A stretch of DNA of 52,141 nucleotides from a bacterium (lineage in GTDB: Bacteria > UBP15 > UBA6099 > JAJRTR01), in NCBI GenBank assembly GCA_024278215.1, contig JAJRTR010000031.1, positions 1 to 52,141 on the forward strand. Direction: 5' to 3'. Positions 50,201 through 52,141 of this stretch are shown one piece after another. Position 1 is the stretch's first letter; each line of letters opens with the position of its first letter. A model generated the notes under the pieces. That model saw only the letters and a program-made list of their open reading frames with translations. It did not search any database and was not told the origin of the DNA. The position numbers and the translations under genes were made by a program.

Positions 50201-52141
50201 GGCTGTATGGGCGACGGACACCGCCGGCGTTTTCGCAATGACCGCCACAGGCTATGTGGACACGGACATAACCAACACGGGGCTCTCCGGCGCGTTTACG
50301 CCTGCCACGAGCGGACAGACACTGCTCGCGTTCGGCAATTACGCGCAGAACGCCGCCGCGCCGACTATCGCCGCCACGAACTACTATCGCGGTCTCGAAT
50401 ACATCATCAGGGTCGTCGAGGGCGCGAACACTTACGAAGACGAACTCGGCAATCAACTCACACTCGACGGCACGGAAACGCTGGAGATTTGTTCGGCGAT
50501 AGATTGCAGCGGCGGCGGGGACCCGGAAGCGCCGGTGCAAAGCACATGGAGCGCGGCCAGCAGTTCATGGTTCATCGCGCCCAGTGCCGCGGGCCTCAGA
50601 TATGTGCGCATTACACCCACTGGTTTCGTGCGCACTACCGACAGCACACAGATAAATATGCAATCCTCGCTCGCGCAGCAAAGTCCTGTGTGGAACGATG
50701 CGGACGGCGACGGCGTCATATATCAGATAAGGATCAACGGCGGTGTAAACGCGCTCGAATCCGAGCTCGATGTCGCGCTCACTATCGATAACAACGAAAT
50801 AATCACTGTCACTAACGACGCGGCGTGTACGGCGACTGAAACGCCGTTAATAATCAACTACAGTGCGAACTCATGGTACATCGCCCCGGCCAGCATGGGC
50901 CTGAAATACCTGGCGATATACGAACCGGGCTTTATCGAGACGTGCGAGAACTCGAGCATAACGGTCACTGATACCGCCCAGCAGGTTCCGACATGGACCC
51001 CCGAGGACAGCGACGGACTGCCCTATCAGATCAAGGTCGTCGACACGGGAAGCAAGTTCCAGGACGAATTCGGCACCGACCTCGCGCTCGACGGCACCGA
51101 GTCGATGAACGTATGCAACACCAGCGACTGCTCGGCACCGGTCGCGCCGCTGCTCGGGCCGACATGGAGCGCACCGGCCTGGTATATAGCGCCCGCCGCG
51201 ACCGGCTCGACATGGATAAAAATGTACAAGACGGGATATGTCGACACTATCGATGGCAGTTCAATTACTCCCAGCGCGTCCGGTCCCCAGGCGATTCCCG
51301 AGTGGACGATGGCCGCCTCCGACGGAATGAAATATCCGCTTAAGATTACCGTGGCCGACGAACTCGGCACAGCCACGGATGTGTCCACTCTCGATTCGAT
51401 TACATTCAATTCGGCGGCGCCGGATTATTCGAGTACGAACATAGCCGCATGGGCGACGTCCACCAACGCCGCCCTGAGATTCACCGCCACGGGTTATGTC
51501 AATCCCGAAGTAACAAACACCGGCCTCTCGGCCTTCTTTCAGCCCGCCACAAACGCGCAGACTATCCTTTCTTTCGGCAACTATAACCAGAACGCCGTCG
51601 TTCCGGTAATCGGTTCGTCGACAAACCAGTACCGCGGGCTCGAATACCTTGTCAAAGTCACCGGCGGGGCGAATGTGTATGAAGACGAAATCGGCAATCA
51701 GCTTACGCTCGACGGCACGGAAACGCTGGAGATATGTTCGGCGGTGGATTGCAGCGGCGGCAGCGACCCGGAAACTCCGAACCGCGAGTTCTGGAGCGCG
51801 GCGTCCGGCGCGTGGTTCATCGCTCCGAGTGTCGAGGCGGCGCGCTATGTGCGCATCTCGACAACCGGCTTCGTGCGCACCGCCGACAGCACGCAACTTA
51901 ATCTCGACCCGACAGCCGGACAGGAAAGCCCCGCGTGGGACGACGCGGCGGGCGACGGCCTGTTGTACCAGATAAAGGTGAACGGCGGCGCGGCGGCCCT
52001 CGAATCGGAAACAGGCACCGCGCTCACACTCAACGGCGACGAGATCATATCCGTCACCACGGACGCGGCCTGCACCGCAACGGAAACGCCTCTCGTGATA
52101 AATTACCAGTCGAACACCTGGTACATCGCGCCCGCGAGCAC
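47277..52141 (+). CDS. Giant secreted repeat/surface protein (partial, more than 1600 aa; missing from ORF track)
   Basis: AGGAG RBS, ATG 47277, signal peptide MKKVLFILSLICVSIMFTKLTQA; frame open to the window end; about 100-aa modules with a DE[LIFM]G motif arranged in about 415-aa super-repeats. Confidence 0.9.
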   Translation, partial: MKKVLFILSLICVSIMFTKLTQALPHTVTGAGDIIIDVYDELGQLIDWEAATVSVRLPGPDGVLGGFDVVYEKKDGTADDDDVSLVVDGDVEFDADGQLPDDPNFTGYIADGQTYRVTVEAVGYATWTQDFTWSTSAVNVESSACLHTVKVTAQDEFGTTLSSVPGITLYIQGGMTVTDGDANDRDGIANGLIYVAQDPSGLSDPASATVVVPGFLTVQDGTKTIDSAGQTHYLTSHAYAFIITADDELGTTLTLTSADVNSISGLNSVAVADNAGSLYWAATGGPGVITLTMNGFIATDTASTYSYDDSTQQTIDFTAAGDGGVLEYNLKVLGATDELGNHLGLATATISATSFTIYSQQVSAGESYIAAESGTAGSLDIAVSGYVSSSANVTPDNAAQQTIDFDFGAAFAAGIDGDGLKYAVMLDYVEDEMGNVVAISGADTLALYDNSDCGTASTATYAVAPFWDAGTSKWYSAIVPGTYYAKYMSANYVSSCDTAGISPNTSAQVSPVFTMAAGTGLKFPLVVYVADELGTATTTTTLDTLTYNGTAPDFENSNMAVWATNTTAILRVSTTGYVDTEVTNTGLTGAFQVATSAQTVINYGNYAQSAAAPTTGSTNNYRGLEYLIRVVEGANVYEDELGNQLTLDGTETLEICSAADCSGGGDPETPIREYWSSASSSWFVAPSVDGAARTVRITATGFVRTSDGATLNLDPTTAQESPAWDDAAGDGLPYQIKVAGGAAALESEIGTALTLNGDEIVTVTTNSTCTATQTPLIINYQSNAWYIAPGTTGVKYLAIYEPGFIETCDGASVTASTTGQVSPAWAQGDGDGLPYMIKAVDTAGYFQDEIGNNLSFSGTEVLEVCTASDCSATQTPTFGPSWDGTSWYIAPQTSTGSKWIKMYKSGYVATRDASMVVPSASGPQAIPTFTMAAGDGMKYALKVTAADELGNSINIAALGAITFNTAAPDYSSANMAVWATDTAGVFAMTATGYVDTDITNTGLSGAFTPATSGQTLLAFGNYAQNAAAPTIAATNYYRGLEYIIRVVEGANTYEDELGNQLTLDGTETLEICSAIDCSGGGDPEAPVQSTWSAASSSWFIAPSAAGLRYVRITPTGFVRTTDSTQINMQSSLAQQSPVWNDADGDGVIYQIRINGGVNALESELDVALTIDNNEIITVTNDAACTATETPLIINYSANSWYIAPASMGLKYLAIYEPGFIETCENSSITVTDTAQQVPTWTPEDSDGLPYQIKVVDTGSKFQDEFGTDLALDGTESMNVCNTSDCSAPVAPLLGPTWSAPAWYIAPAATGSTWIKMYKTGYVDTIDGSSITPSASGPQAIPEWTMAASDGMKYPLKITVADELGTATDVSTLDSITFNSAAPDYSSTNIAAWATSTNAALRFTATGYVNPEVTNTGLSAFFQPATNAQTILSFGNYNQNAVVPVIGSSTNQYRGLEYLVKVTGGANVYEDEIGNQLTLDGTETLEICSAVDCSGGSDPETPNREFWSAASGAWFIAPSVEAARYVRISTTGFVRTADSTQLNLDPTAGQESPAWDDAAGDGLLYQIKVNGGAAALESETGTALTLNGDEIISVTTDAACTATETPLVINYQSNTWYIAPAS

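Noticed and set aside
1-52141. CRISPR array
   Set aside because: No regularly spaced direct repeats with unique spacers and no cas genes; the repeats are dispersed MITE/REP-like or coding.
1-52141. Complete TAG reassignment (all TAG read as sense)
   Set aside because: About ten genes end in TAG at expected C-termini (e.g. thi4, cbiO, kinase 31220), so only partial or conditional readthrough remains plausible.

Overview
Chromosomal window of about 52 kb from an anaerobic, probably diderm bacterium; the lineage cannot be determined from this window. It is gene-dense and mostly housekeeping or metabolic: tRNA-Ala(CGC), a uvrC-ogt-xerC block, a very long transaldolase-family protein, a DEAD-box helicase, HtrA/DegQ, a PPi-type PFK, mltG, folP, an Fe-ADH, thi4-thiM-thiE and cbiQO. 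It also holds a methyltransferase + U32/U32-like (UbiU/UbiV-like) operon and a histidine kinase-TauE-TIGR02186-like-PEP-utilising enzyme-receiver cluster. A giant secreted repeat protein starts at 47277 and runs off the window; it is absent from the ORF track. The most notable observation is that two otherwise intact genes (2340-2897 and 29721-31220) are each split by a single in-frame TAG, and a third gene has an in-frame TGA at codon 3. This raises the possibility of amber readthrough (e.g. pyrrolysine) and selenocysteine, although TAG still ends about ten genes here. Intergenic DNA is crowded with several families of MITE- and REP-like repeats, two of which share an internal GCGTTG-hairpin-GCCTTG core. 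Several proteins look like pseudo-enzymes or unusual fusions. All family assignments come from motif recognition by eye; no database searches were run.
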